DNA of 46,303 bases from Deltaproteobacteria bacterium. Its GTDB lineage: Bacteria > Desulfobacterota > GWC2-55-46. The stretch covers positions 1 to 46,303 of the forward strand of contig JACRLF010000026.1 of assembly GCA_016235365.1 (NCBI GenBank), in the 5' to 3' direction. Position numbers and translations under genes: made by a program. The notes beneath the pieces were generated by a model. The model was not told where the DNA came from. It searched no databases and was given only the letters and a program-made list of their open reading frames with translations. This document shows, piece by piece, positions 35,914 to 43,217 of the stretch; the stretch's first letter is position 1, and each line of letters starts with the position of its first letter.

Positions 35914-35991
35914 GCGGGTTCAATCTTGCAGCTTCAACCCGAATGATTCGTGGCTGCCGGACGAAATTCAGGGTCGCAAACCTGAACCCGC
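35914..35991. repeat. Double-hairpin element, degenerate copy (right edge of island A)
   Basis: GCGGGTTCAATCTTGCAGCTTCAACCCGAATGATTCGTGGCTGCCGGACGAAATTCAGGGT-CGCAAACCTGAACCCGC aligns end to end with 43218-43302. There are two stem mismatches, and the left arm of hairpin 2 is deleted. Confidence 0.85.
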
Positions 35992-36040
35992 CAGAATGAT
36001 ACGTTCTTTCCAGCACCCTGTTCGCCCCTCCGGCCCCCCT

Positions 36041-37099
36041 TCACAACGCCCCCCTCCCCTTAAGCCCCGCGACCTTCACGCCCACAAGCCTCACTGGCTT
36101 GTGGGGGCCGGATGCGTCAAGGAGCTTCAATGCCGCTGTCCAGATGTCGTTCAGCGAGTCGGACTCGGTATCGAGGGCGGTTGACCTTGAGACGGTCTCA
36201 AAGTCCGAGTAGCTTATCTTTATCGCAACGTCTTTGCCCCTGCAACCGAGTCCCTTGAGCCTCGCAACGATGTCCCCGGCAAGGGCGTAGAGCGTCTCTT
36301 TTATGATGTATTGGTCATCTGTCTCCCCCTCGAAGACCACCTCCCTGCTCAAGGCATTCGGCTCGTGGAACGGGACGACCGGGCTTTGGTCTATCCCTCT
36401 GGAGTGCTCGTAGAGGGCCTTGCCGATATGGCTCCCGAAGTTGCGCTCAAGGTACTGTAGAGGCGTTTTTGATATCTCCCCTACCGTATATATGCCGAGG
36501 CCGTTGAGCCTCTTTCCGGTCTTTTGCCCGACCCCCCGGAGCCTTGCCACCGGCAGGTCTTTTAATATCCGCCCGGCCTCATCGGCCATTAGGACGTAAA
36601 GGCCGCCCGGCTTATCCATCTCGCCGGCGAGCCTGGCAAGGAGCTTATTCGGCGCCACCCCCACGGATGAGGATAGCCCCAGTGCGCCATCGACCCTCTT
36701 TTTTATCTCTCCGGCGATCTCAATGGCGTGGGGGAAGGGGTCACCCCCATCGTGAGGCAGGACCTCGATGAACGCCTCATCGAGTCCGAAAGACTCGACA
36801 ATGGGGCTATACTCCATCAGTATGGAGAAGAACCTCTCTGATTCCTTCTCGTAGGACTCGAAATCCACTGGCAGGAACACAGCCTCCGGACAGAGCTTGC
36901 GCGCCTTTTTTAAAGTCATGCCCGGGTCCACCCCGAAGGCCCGTGCATCGTAAGACGCCGCGGATACGGCCCCCCGTTTCTCAGGGTCGCCGTCGGCGCC
37001 GACGACAATGGGCCTGCCCTTTATCCCCGGCCTTCTCTTCACTTCAACGGAAACGAAAAATGCATCGAGGTATATATGTATGACGGCTCTTTTTTGCAT
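36041..37099 (-). CDS. dinB: DNA polymerase IV (Y-family)
   Basis: IHIYLDAFFVSVE N-terminus, SYDARAFGV, and LDEAFIE catalytic motifs; 352 aa. Confidence 0.95.
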   Translation of the reverse strand: MQKRAVIHIYLDAFFVSVEVKRRPGIKGRPIVVGADGDPEKRGAVSAASYDARAFGVDPGMTLKKARKLCPEAVFLPVDFESYEKESERFFSILMEYSPIVESFGLDEAFIEVLPHDGGDPFPHAIEIAGEIKKRVDGALGLSSSVGVAPNKLLARLAGEMDKPGGLYVLMADEAGRILKDLPVARLRGVGQKTGKRLNGLGIYTVGEISKTPLQYLERNFGSHIGKALYEHSRGIDQSPVVPFHEPNALSREVVFEGETDDQYIIKETLYALAGDIVARLKGLGCRGKDVAIKISYSDFETVSRSTALDTESDSLNDIWTAALKLLDASGPHKPVRLVGVKVAGLKGRGAL

Positions 37100-37209
37100 A
37101 AGGGTTTTCCATTTCCATTTTCAAAGATGCGTTACGGTACGCCGATTGTATCATATAACCGGTACGCATGGCGCGCCTTATCCGCCCATCCGGAGAGGCC
37201 GGTTTTCCC

Positions 37210-37330
37210 TTGAAGCTCCCCGCGGCTTTTCCGCGTGGAATCTTCGACATGTGAGGAAGTATCTATATCCGATTCGCTCGCTTAATCCCGCAATAAGGCT
37301 TGCGGGCTGGGCGCTCGCTATGCATGTTCA
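37210..37330 (-). repeat. Long-form composite hairpin element (reverse orientation), 110 nt upstream of dinB
   Basis: The reverse complement aligns with 40144-40261 over its whole length, except that hairpin 1 is replaced by CCCGCAA-gcctta-TTGCGGG. Confidence 0.9.
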
Positions 37331-37386
37331 ATAATCAACCCTTTTTAGGGTGTCAAATTTTTTAGGTCAGTATTTCGACTTTCCGC

Positions 37387-37417
37387 TTGACAGGCACTAC
37401 ATGTTGTGGTCTAATAT
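37387..37417 (+). promoter_or_regulatory. Candidate sigma-70 promoter for nrdJ with overlapping NrdR-box-like palindrome
   Basis: TTGACA (37387-37392), a 17-nt spacer, then TCTAAT (37410-37415). The spacer GCACTACATGTTGTGG (37394-37409) matches the NrdR box consensus acaCwAtATaTwGtgt at about 12/16 positions. Confidence 0.45.
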
Positions 37418-37537
37418 GCATCAACCTACAATATAAACGATTTATTATATAAATCAAATAGTTGTGATTGTTATGCTTTTCTTGCCTTGCCCGCCGGTAT
37501 TTTCAGCCGATAGTTTGCCTTCGATAGCACATGGCTT

Positions 37538-37588
37538 TGAACATGCATAGCGAGCGCATTCCCCGCAGCTTGCTGCGGGGAGCTTCAA
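37538..37588 (+). repeat. Short-form composite hairpin element in the nrdJ leader
   Basis: TGAACATGCATAGCGAGCGCATTCCCCGCAGCTTGCTGCGGGGAGCTTCAA, near-identical to 42104-42154. Confidence 0.9.
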
Positions 37589-37653
37589 AGCCTTATCATA
37601 TTTTTTATGGCATTCCAACGTTGAGCACAAAAGAACAAGGAGGGGATAAGAGA

Positions 37654-40044
37654 ATGGAACACGATATATACAGCCGCTTGTTGAGCTCCATGCCCATGGA
37701 GGGGCAGGCCGTGACACAGAAGAACTCCGCCGACAGGGTCTTAAGGGGCGGTGTAAATAGATGCGTCAATATGAACATCGAGATAAACGAGAACGGCAGG
37801 AAGGTGTTGGAGAAGAGGTACCTCAGGAAGGACGCCGACGGCAACGCGGTGGAGACTATAGAGGAGATGTTCTGGCGGGTGGCCGGCAACATTGCGCAGG
37901 CGGACAGGCGCTTCAACCCCGAAGCGGACGTAGACGCGGCAGCCGCCGAGTTCTACGAGATGATGGCCTCTCTCGACTTCATGCCCAACTCCCCCACGCT
38001 CATGAACGCGGGCAGGGAGCTGCAGCAGCTCTCCGCGTGCTTCGTGCTGCCGGTCGAGGACTCGATGGAGTCGATCTTCGAGGCCGTCAAGCACACCGCG
38101 CTCATACATAAATCCGGGGGCGGCACCGGGTTCTCGTTCTCCAGGCTCAGGCCCTCGGGGGATACGGTAGGCTCCACGTCCGGGATATCCTCCGGCCCCA
38201 TATCCTTCATGACTGTATTCGACAGCGCCACGGAGGCCATAAAGCAGGGCGGGACGCGCAGGGGCGCGAACATGGGCATCCTCCGCGTAGACCACCCCGA
38301 CATCCTCAACTTCATCACCTGCAAGCAGGACAACGCCAAGCTCAACAACTTCAACATCTCGGTGAGCCTCACCGAGGAGTTCATGAAGGCCGTGGAGGCC
38401 GATACCGAGTACGAGTTGATAAGCCCGAGGACCGGCAAGGCCGTGGGGCGCAGAAGGGCGCGCGAGGTATTCAACAAGATAGTGGAGATGGCGTGGCGGA
38501 ACGGGGACCCGGGCGTCATCTTCATCGACCGCATGAACTCGGACAATCCGACCCCGCACGTCGGGCGGATAGAGTCCACGAACCCGTGCGGGGAGCAGCC
38601 GCTCCTCCCGTACGAGTCCTGCAACTTGGGCTCCATAAACCTGAGCCAGATGCTCAAGAGGAAGACCTCCGGCGGCAGCTCCCTGGAGATGGACTGGGAC
38701 AAGTTCGAGGATACGGTCAAAAAGGCCGTCCACTTCCTCGACAACGTCATAGAGATGAACAGCTACCCCATCCCGCAGATAGAGAAGGTCACCAAGTCCA
38801 ACAGGAAGATAGGGCTCGGGGTCATGGGTTTCGCGGACATGCTCATAAGGCTCGGCGTCCCCTATAACTCCGAGGAGGCCATAACGCTCGCCGAAGAGAT
38901 AATGGCGTTCATACAGGAAAAGGGCAGGGAGGCGTCCGTGGACTTGGGGCTCAAGCGCGGGTCCTTCCCGAACTTCAAGGGCTCCGTCTACGACGGCAGT
39001 AAAAAGGCCGTCAGGAACGCCACCGTCACGACCATCGCCCCGACCGGGACCATCTCCATAATCTCCGGGTGCTCCTCCGGCATAGAGCCCCTCTTCGCGC
39101 TCGCATTTACGAGGAACGTCATGGAGGGGACCGAGCTCCTCGATGTGAACCCGCTCTTCGAGGAGGCGGCGCGCGATGGCACCCTCCACGGCGTGGACGG
39201 GATCCCGAGCGACGTTAAAAAGGTCTTTGTCACGGCCCACGATATAACCCCGGAGTGGCACATCAGGATGCAGGCCGCGTTCCAGAAGTATACGGATAAC
39301 GCGGTCAGCAAGACCGTGAACTTCCCCAACGAGGCCACGGTCGAGGACGTGATGAAGGTCTATCTCACCGCCTACAGGCTCGGGTGCAAGGGGGTGACGG
39401 TGTACAGGGACGGCTCAAGGGACGTCCAGGTGCTGAACAAGGGGAGCGAGAAGCCCTCAGCCCAAAGGGGCGAGGCCGTGGCCGTGGAGGCGATAGCGGA
39501 GCGCCACGCGGCGTTGCCGCACAAGCCCAAGCCGAGGGGTGAGGTCGCCTTCGGCGTGACCAAGAAGATGAAGACCGGCTGCGGCAACCTCTACGTGACG
39601 ATAAACGAGGACGAAGAGGGAAGGCCGTTCGAGATATTCACCCAGATAGGCAAGGCCGGGGGGTGCGTGGCCTCGCAGTGCGAGGCAATGGGCAGGATGA
39701 CATCGCTTGCCCTCAGAAGCGGGGTGGAGGCCCAGGATATAGTAAGGCAGATGCGCGGCATAAGCTGCCACCTGCCCGTTGGATACGGCAACGGCAAGGT
39801 GATGTCGTGCGCGGACGCCGTGGCCCAGGCGATGGAGTGGTATCTCGGCCTCAAGATGAATAGCGGCAATACCCTGTCGCTGGGGAGCCTTCCGGGGGGC
39901 TATGCGCTGGATAACTCCAAGATCAACCTCGCGCTCGCCCCGGAGCTCCTCAAGCGCGGCGCCTGCCCGGACTGCGGAGGCACGGTAGAGCACGCGGACG
40001 GGTGCGTGGTATGCAGGGGTTGCGGGTATTCCGAGTGCGGTTAG
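37654..40044 (+). CDS. nrdJ: Adenosylcobalamin-dependent ribonucleoside-diphosphate/triphosphate reductase (class II)
   Basis: Class II motifs: TNPCGEQPLLPYESCNLGSINL, SGGGTGFSFS, and a C-terminal Zn-ribbon CPDCGG...CVVCRGCGYSEC. The preferred start is ATG 37654 (AGGAGG 9 nt upstream); the track ORF start at 37531 reads through a repeat. Confidence 0.95.
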   Translation: MEHDIYSRLLSSMPMEGQAVTQKNSADRVLRGGVNRCVNMNIEINENGRKVLEKRYLRKDADGNAVETIEEMFWRVAGNIAQADRRFNPEADVDAAAAEFYEMMASLDFMPNSPTLMNAGRELQQLSACFVLPVEDSMESIFEAVKHTALIHKSGGGTGFSFSRLRPSGDTVGSTSGISSGPISFMTVFDSATEAIKQGGTRRGANMGILRVDHPDILNFITCKQDNAKLNNFNISVSLTEEFMKAVEADTEYELISPRTGKAVGRRRAREVFNKIVEMAWRNGDPGVIFIDRMNSDNPTPHVGRIESTNPCGEQPLLPYESCNLGSINLSQMLKRKTSGGSSLEMDWDKFEDTVKKAVHFLDNVIEMNSYPIPQIEKVTKSNRKIGLGVMGFADMLIRLGVPYNSEEAITLAEEIMAFIQEKGREASVDLGLKRGSFPNFKGSVYDGSKKAVRNATVTTIAPTGTISIISGCSSGIEPLFALAFTRNVMEGTELLDVNPLFEEAARDGTLHGVDGIPSDVKKVFVTAHDITPEWHIRMQAAFQKYTDNAVSKTVNFPNEATVEDVMKVYLTAYRLGCKGVTVYRDGSRDVQVLNKGSEKPSAQRGEAVAVEAIAERHAALPHKPKPRGEVAFGVTKKMKTGCGNLYVTINEDEEGRPFEIFTQIGKAGGCVASQCEAMGRMTSLALRSGVEAQDIVRQMRGISCHLPVGYGNGKVMSCADAVAQAMEWYLGLKMNSGNTLSLGSLPGGYALDNSKINLALAPELLKRGACPDCGGTVEHADGCVVCRGCGYSECG

Positions 40045-40074
40045 CGAAAAAAAATTATCGGGTTGTTGAAAAAA

Positions 40075-40108
40075 GCGCCCTCCCTCTTTTAAGGGAGGGC
40101 GCTTTTTT
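40075..40108 (+). terminator. Rho-independent terminator after nrdJ
   Basis: GCGCCCTCCC-tcttttaa-GGGAGGGCGC followed by TTTTTT, preceded by an A tract (it could act bidirectionally). Confidence 0.9.
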
Positions 40109-40143
40109 AATGGAAGGAGATTTTATAAGACGCCGGACGCCGA

Positions 40144-40261
40144 TGAACATGCATAGCGAGCGCATTCTCCGCAGCTTGCTGCGGGGTCAAGCGAGCGAAT
40201 CGGATATAGATACTTCCTTACATGTCGAAGATTCCAGCGGAAAAGCCGCGGGGAGCTTCAA
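40144..40261 (+). repeat. Long-form composite hairpin element (forward orientation)
   Basis: TGAACATGCATAGCGAGCGCATTCTCCGCAGCTTGCTGCGGGGTCAAGCGAGCGAATCGGATATAGATACTTCCTTACATGTCGAAGATTCCAGCGGAAAAGCCGCGGGGAGCTTCAA. Confidence 0.9.
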
Positions 40262-40339
40262 CCGCCACGCGAGTCAGGCGGCAGGGCATCCGAAGAAAAC
40301 ACTAAAAGCCTTGACGAAAACCGGGCGTTCAGATATCTT

Positions 40340-40580
40340 TTAAGGGTGCTTCTAAAAATTAGTTTTTTAGTTTCTGAAACCTCGGTGGCTCCCATGCCTA
40401 TGAGGGTTCATTTTTTTCCGAGGTCGAGGCGGGGTGAGTGAAACCTCTCAGGACTCAAGAGCCAAGGGGTTTCAGAACGCTGAAATAAAAAAGCGGAGCA
40501 TATATGCCAATATGTGTCCATTTTTATTTTCGCCCTAACAAAGAGATCGGGGAAAAGAGCAATTTTTAGAGCACCCTTAA
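40340..40580. mobile_element. MITE-like nested palindrome (about 240 nt) abutting the glmU start codon
   Basis: The outer inverted repeats are TTAAGGGTGCTTCTAAAAATT (40340-40360) and AATTTTTAGAGCACCCTTAA (40561-80). They match except for one indel. The inner inverted pair is made of two 40-nt modules: 40370-40410 (+) and 40439-40478 (-). A third copy of that module lies at 20542-20582. Confidence 0.6.
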
Positions 40581-40585
40581 CGGTT

Positions 40586-41992
40586 ATGAAAGAGCTCGCA
40601 GCCATAATCCTTGCGGCCGGAAAGGGCACGAGGATGAAGTCGAAGATGCCGAAGGTCCTGCACAGGGTGGCGGGCTTTCCGATGCTTTACTACCCTTTGA
40701 GCGTCCTGAAGGGGCTCAAGGCGAAGAGGGTGATAGTCGTCGTGGGCCACGGCGCGGAAGAGGTGAGGGCCGCCTTTGCGGACGAGAAGGTCGAGTTCGT
40801 GACGCAGTCCGAACAGCTCGGCACAGGCCACGCGGTCATGACCGCGGTAAAGGGGCTTGCCGGCTTCAGGGGGGATATACTGATACTCTCCGGGGACGTG
40901 CCTCTCATAACTAAAGAGACCATAAAGGCCCTCTGCGCCATACACCGTGGCGCGTCCCTGAAGAAAAGACCCGCGCTTTCTATGGTCACGGCCCTGCTTG
41001 AAGACACTAAGGGGTACGGCAGGGTCGTTAGGGACGAGCACGGGGCCGTCGTGCGTGTCGTTGAGGACAGGGACTGTAGCCCGTTACAGAGGGAGATAAA
41101 CGAGGTGAACGCCGGTATATATCTCGTCTCATCAAAGTTCCTTCTCGGCAATATCGGCAGGGTCAACAACAGGAACGCACAGGGGGAGTACTATCTGCCC
41201 GACCTGATAGAGATCGCCGTCAAGTCCGGGGAGAAGGTCTCGGCCCTCACGCACCTTTATCCGGAAGAGGTCTTCGGGATAAACAACAGGGTCGAGCTCG
41301 CCAGGGCCGACAAGATTATGAGAAAGAGGACTGCCGAGGCGCTCATGCTCAACGGCGTCACCATAATCGACCCGGACTCCACTTATATAGACGCGCAGGT
41401 CAAGGCCGGGATGGATACGGTGATATATCCGGGCGTTCATCTCATTGGCCCTACCGTCATAGGCGAGGATTGCGTCATAGAGGAGAACGTGAGGATCGAG
41501 GACTCCTCCATCGGGGACAACTCAACGATAAAGAGCCACTCCATAATCGAAGATAGCGAGGCCGGGAAAGAGGTGTCGATAGGGCCTTTCGCAAGGTTGA
41601 GACCCGGCAGCGTCATCAGGGACAGGGCCCGCATAGGGAACTTCGTGGAGGTCAAAAAGACGGTGGTGGGCAAGGGGAGCAAGGCCAATCACCTGACCTA
41701 CCTCGGGGACTCCGTCATCGGTGAGGGGGTCAACATAGGCGCTGGCACCATAACCTGCAATTACGACGGCTTCAGCAAGCACACGACGACGATAGAGGAT
41801 GGCGCGTTCATAGGGAGCGACACTCAGCTCGTGGCCCCGGTAAGGGTCGGCAAGGGCGCGTACGTCGGCTCGGGGACCACCGTCACCAGGGACGTCCCCC
41901 CGGACTCGCTTGTGACGACGAGGGCTGAGGAGCGGGTCATCGAGGGATGGGCCGAGAGGAAGAGGCGGAAGGGGCGGAAGAAGGGGCATTGA
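40586..41992 (+). CDS. glmU: Bifunctional UDP-N-acetylglucosamine diphosphorylase / glucosamine-1-phosphate N-acetyltransferase
   Basis: AAIILAAGKGTRMKS N-terminus and C-terminal left-handed beta-helix hexapeptide repeats. The preferred start is ATG 40586; the track ORF opens at GTG 40514 inside the palindromic element. Confidence 0.95.
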   Translation: MKELAAIILAAGKGTRMKSKMPKVLHRVAGFPMLYYPLSVLKGLKAKRVIVVVGHGAEEVRAAFADEKVEFVTQSEQLGTGHAVMTAVKGLAGFRGDILILSGDVPLITKETIKALCAIHRGASLKKRPALSMVTALLEDTKGYGRVVRDEHGAVVRVVEDRDCSPLQREINEVNAGIYLVSSKFLLGNIGRVNNRNAQGEYYLPDLIEIAVKSGEKVSALTHLYPEEVFGINNRVELARADKIMRKRTAEALMLNGVTIIDPDSTYIDAQVKAGMDTVIYPGVHLIGPTVIGEDCVIEENVRIEDSSIGDNSTIKSHSIIEDSEAGKEVSIGPFARLRPGSVIRDRARIGNFVEVKKTVVGKGSKANHLTYLGDSVIGEGVNIGAGTITCNYDGFSKHTTTIEDGAFIGSDTQLVAPVRVGKGAYVGSGTTVTRDVPPDSLVTTRAEERVIEGWAERKRRKGRKKGH

Positions 41993-42014
41993 AGATATTT
42001 GGCGATTGAGGCGG

Positions 42015-42084
42015 GTAGGATGGGTTGAGCGAAGCGAAGCCCATCGTTCATGGTTGATATTTTGGCGGGCGGAGCCCAGCCTAC
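42015..42084. repeat. REP-like 70-nt unit with GTAGG...CCTAC termini (left edge of island B)
   Basis: GTAGGATGGGTTGAGCGAAGCGAAGCCCATC...GGCGGGCGGAGCCCAGCCTAC, with hairpin ATGGG(T)T-14 nt-(A)GCCCAT. Confidence 0.7.
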
Positions 42085-42103
42085 CATACGGAGAGCACCT
42101 TAT

Positions 42104-42154
42104 TGAATATGCATAGCGAGCGCATTCCCCGTAGCTTGCTGCGGGGAGCTTCAA
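42104..42154 (+). repeat. Short-form composite hairpin element, 16 nt upstream of the ORF6N gene
   Basis: TGAATATGCATAGCGAGCGCATTCCCCGTAGCTTGCTGCGGGGAGCTTCAA. Confidence 0.9.
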
Positions 42155-42170
42155 TTGAAGGGGCTTTGGC

Positions 42171-42701
42171 ATGACAGATAAAAAATCCATGATTCCTGTC
42201 GAAAGAATTGAAAATTCAATTCTCCTTATCAGAGCGCATAAAGTCATGCTGGATGCCGATCTGGCAGAGCTTTATGGAGTGCCGACGAAAGCTCTAAATC
42301 AAGCTGTAAAACGCAACAAGGACCGCTTTCCTCAAGACTTCATGTTTCAATTGACAAAAGCTGAAAAAGAAAAGGTGGTCACAAATTGTGACCACCTCAA
42401 ACGGCTCAAGTTTTCGCCGAATTTACCTTACGCATTTACCGAGCACGGGGCGATCATGCTTGCCACGGTCTTAAACAGCCCGGTAGCCGTACAGACAAGC
42501 ATACAGATTGTGAAAGCCTTTGTCCGGCTCCGTCAGATGCTCCAATCCAATGCGGAATTGATGAAAAAGATGACCGGGCTTGAAAAAAAGTATGACGAGC
42601 AGTTCAAAGTGGTCTTTCAGGCCATATATGAATTGATGAAGCCGCCTGAGCCGAAAAGACGGAGTATTGGTTTTAAGACTGGCGATAGGGAGAAAGAATG
42701 A
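42171..42701 (+). CDS. ORF6N (KilA-N-related) DNA-binding domain protein
   Basis: IPVERIENSILLIRAHKVMLDADLAELYGVPTKALNQAVKRNKDRFPQDFMFQLT...LPYAFTEHGAIMLATVLNS matches the ORF6N domain pattern. GC is about 40% and the codon usage is foreign. Confidence 0.85.
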   Translation: MTDKKSMIPVERIENSILLIRAHKVMLDADLAELYGVPTKALNQAVKRNKDRFPQDFMFQLTKAEKEKVVTNCDHLKRLKFSPNLPYAFTEHGAIMLATVLNSPVAVQTSIQIVKAFVRLRQMLQSNAELMKKMTGLEKKYDEQFKVVFQAIYELMKPPEPKRRSIGFKTGDREKE

Positions 42702-42807
42702 CGCGATCTTGATGCGCCGATGTGGAACTTCAAGACAGGAGAACATCTTATTGAATTGGGCCGCTTGCGCGGATGATGTCGCCGGGGGCGAGCGATGATG
42801 ATTTTGT

Positions 42808-42850
42808 GATGGGCTTCGCCACGCTCAGCCCATCCTACCGTGCTTGTAGG
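42808..42850. repeat. REP-like hairpin GATGGGC...GCCCATCCTAC followed by GTAGG
   Basis: GATGGGCTTCGCCACGCTCAGCCCATCCTAC (42808-42838) is in inverted orientation relative to 42015-42045. CCTAC-cgtgctt-GTAGG forms a second small hairpin. Confidence 0.7.
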
Positions 42851-42862
42851 GGAAGCTTACGC

Positions 42863-43174
42863 ATGAATCCAATCACCGAAACATTTGACACGCTCTGGGA
42901 CTATTGTACTTCTAACAATAGATTGTGCCCAATGCCTATGAAATGGAATGGTCTTTTTGGAATGCTAAAAAACACGAAGCAAAAACCTTCTGGTGGATGG
43001 GTACCTTCACTTCCTTTGATACTGGCTGCTTGGCATGACACGATGCCAATAGAAAAGCAATTAAGATTTAAAGAGCACATCAAGTGGGCGTCTGATAATA
43101 ATCAGATAGAAGAAGTCGGCAAATATTTAAGGTCATTTTCAGAAAATGAGTGGGCTCATTTTGGAGAAATATAA
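42863..43174 (+). CDS. Hypothetical protein, 103 aa (low-GC cargo)
   Basis: ATG at 42863 lies just after the repeat; the upstream part of the track ORF (MMSPGASDDDFVMGFATLSPSYRA) is repeat read-through. GC is about 38%. I recognise no domain. Confidence 0.6.
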   Translation: MNPITETFDTLWDYCTSNNRLCPMPMKWNGLFGMLKNTKQKPSGGWVPSLPLILAAWHDTMPIEKQLRFKEHIKWASDNNQIEEVGKYLRSFSENEWAHFGEI

Positions 43175-43217
43175 TACCAAAAAATGGGTAAAAATTTGGT
43201 AGGTGTGCCAGCTACCG

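Noticed and set aside
37140-37175. A LexA/SOS box upstream of dinB (TTGTATCATATAAC, flanked by direct CGGTACGC repeats).
   Set aside because: It matches only half of the CTGT-N8-ACAG pattern, and the LexA motif of this lineage is unknown. I cannot support it without a genome-wide motif search.
37531-37653. The N-terminal extension of the nrdJ ORF, and other ORFs encoding recurring peptides: NMHSERIPRSLLRG (40002..40343; 37531 start) and SKIPRGLPRGAS (11343..11672, 18251..18454 minus, 37044..37250 minus).
   Set aside because: The shared peptides are simply translations of the hairpin repeats (ATTCCCCGCAGCTTGCTGCGGGG and similar). The ORFs have no SD, overlap real genes or terminators, and differ outside the repeat.
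40514-40585. An upstream GTG start for glmU (MSIFIFALTKRSGKRAIFRAPLTV...).
   Set aside because: The extension lies entirely within the palindromic element, has no SD and is not GlmU-like. The canonical MKELAAIILAAGKGTRM N-terminus begins at ATG 40586.
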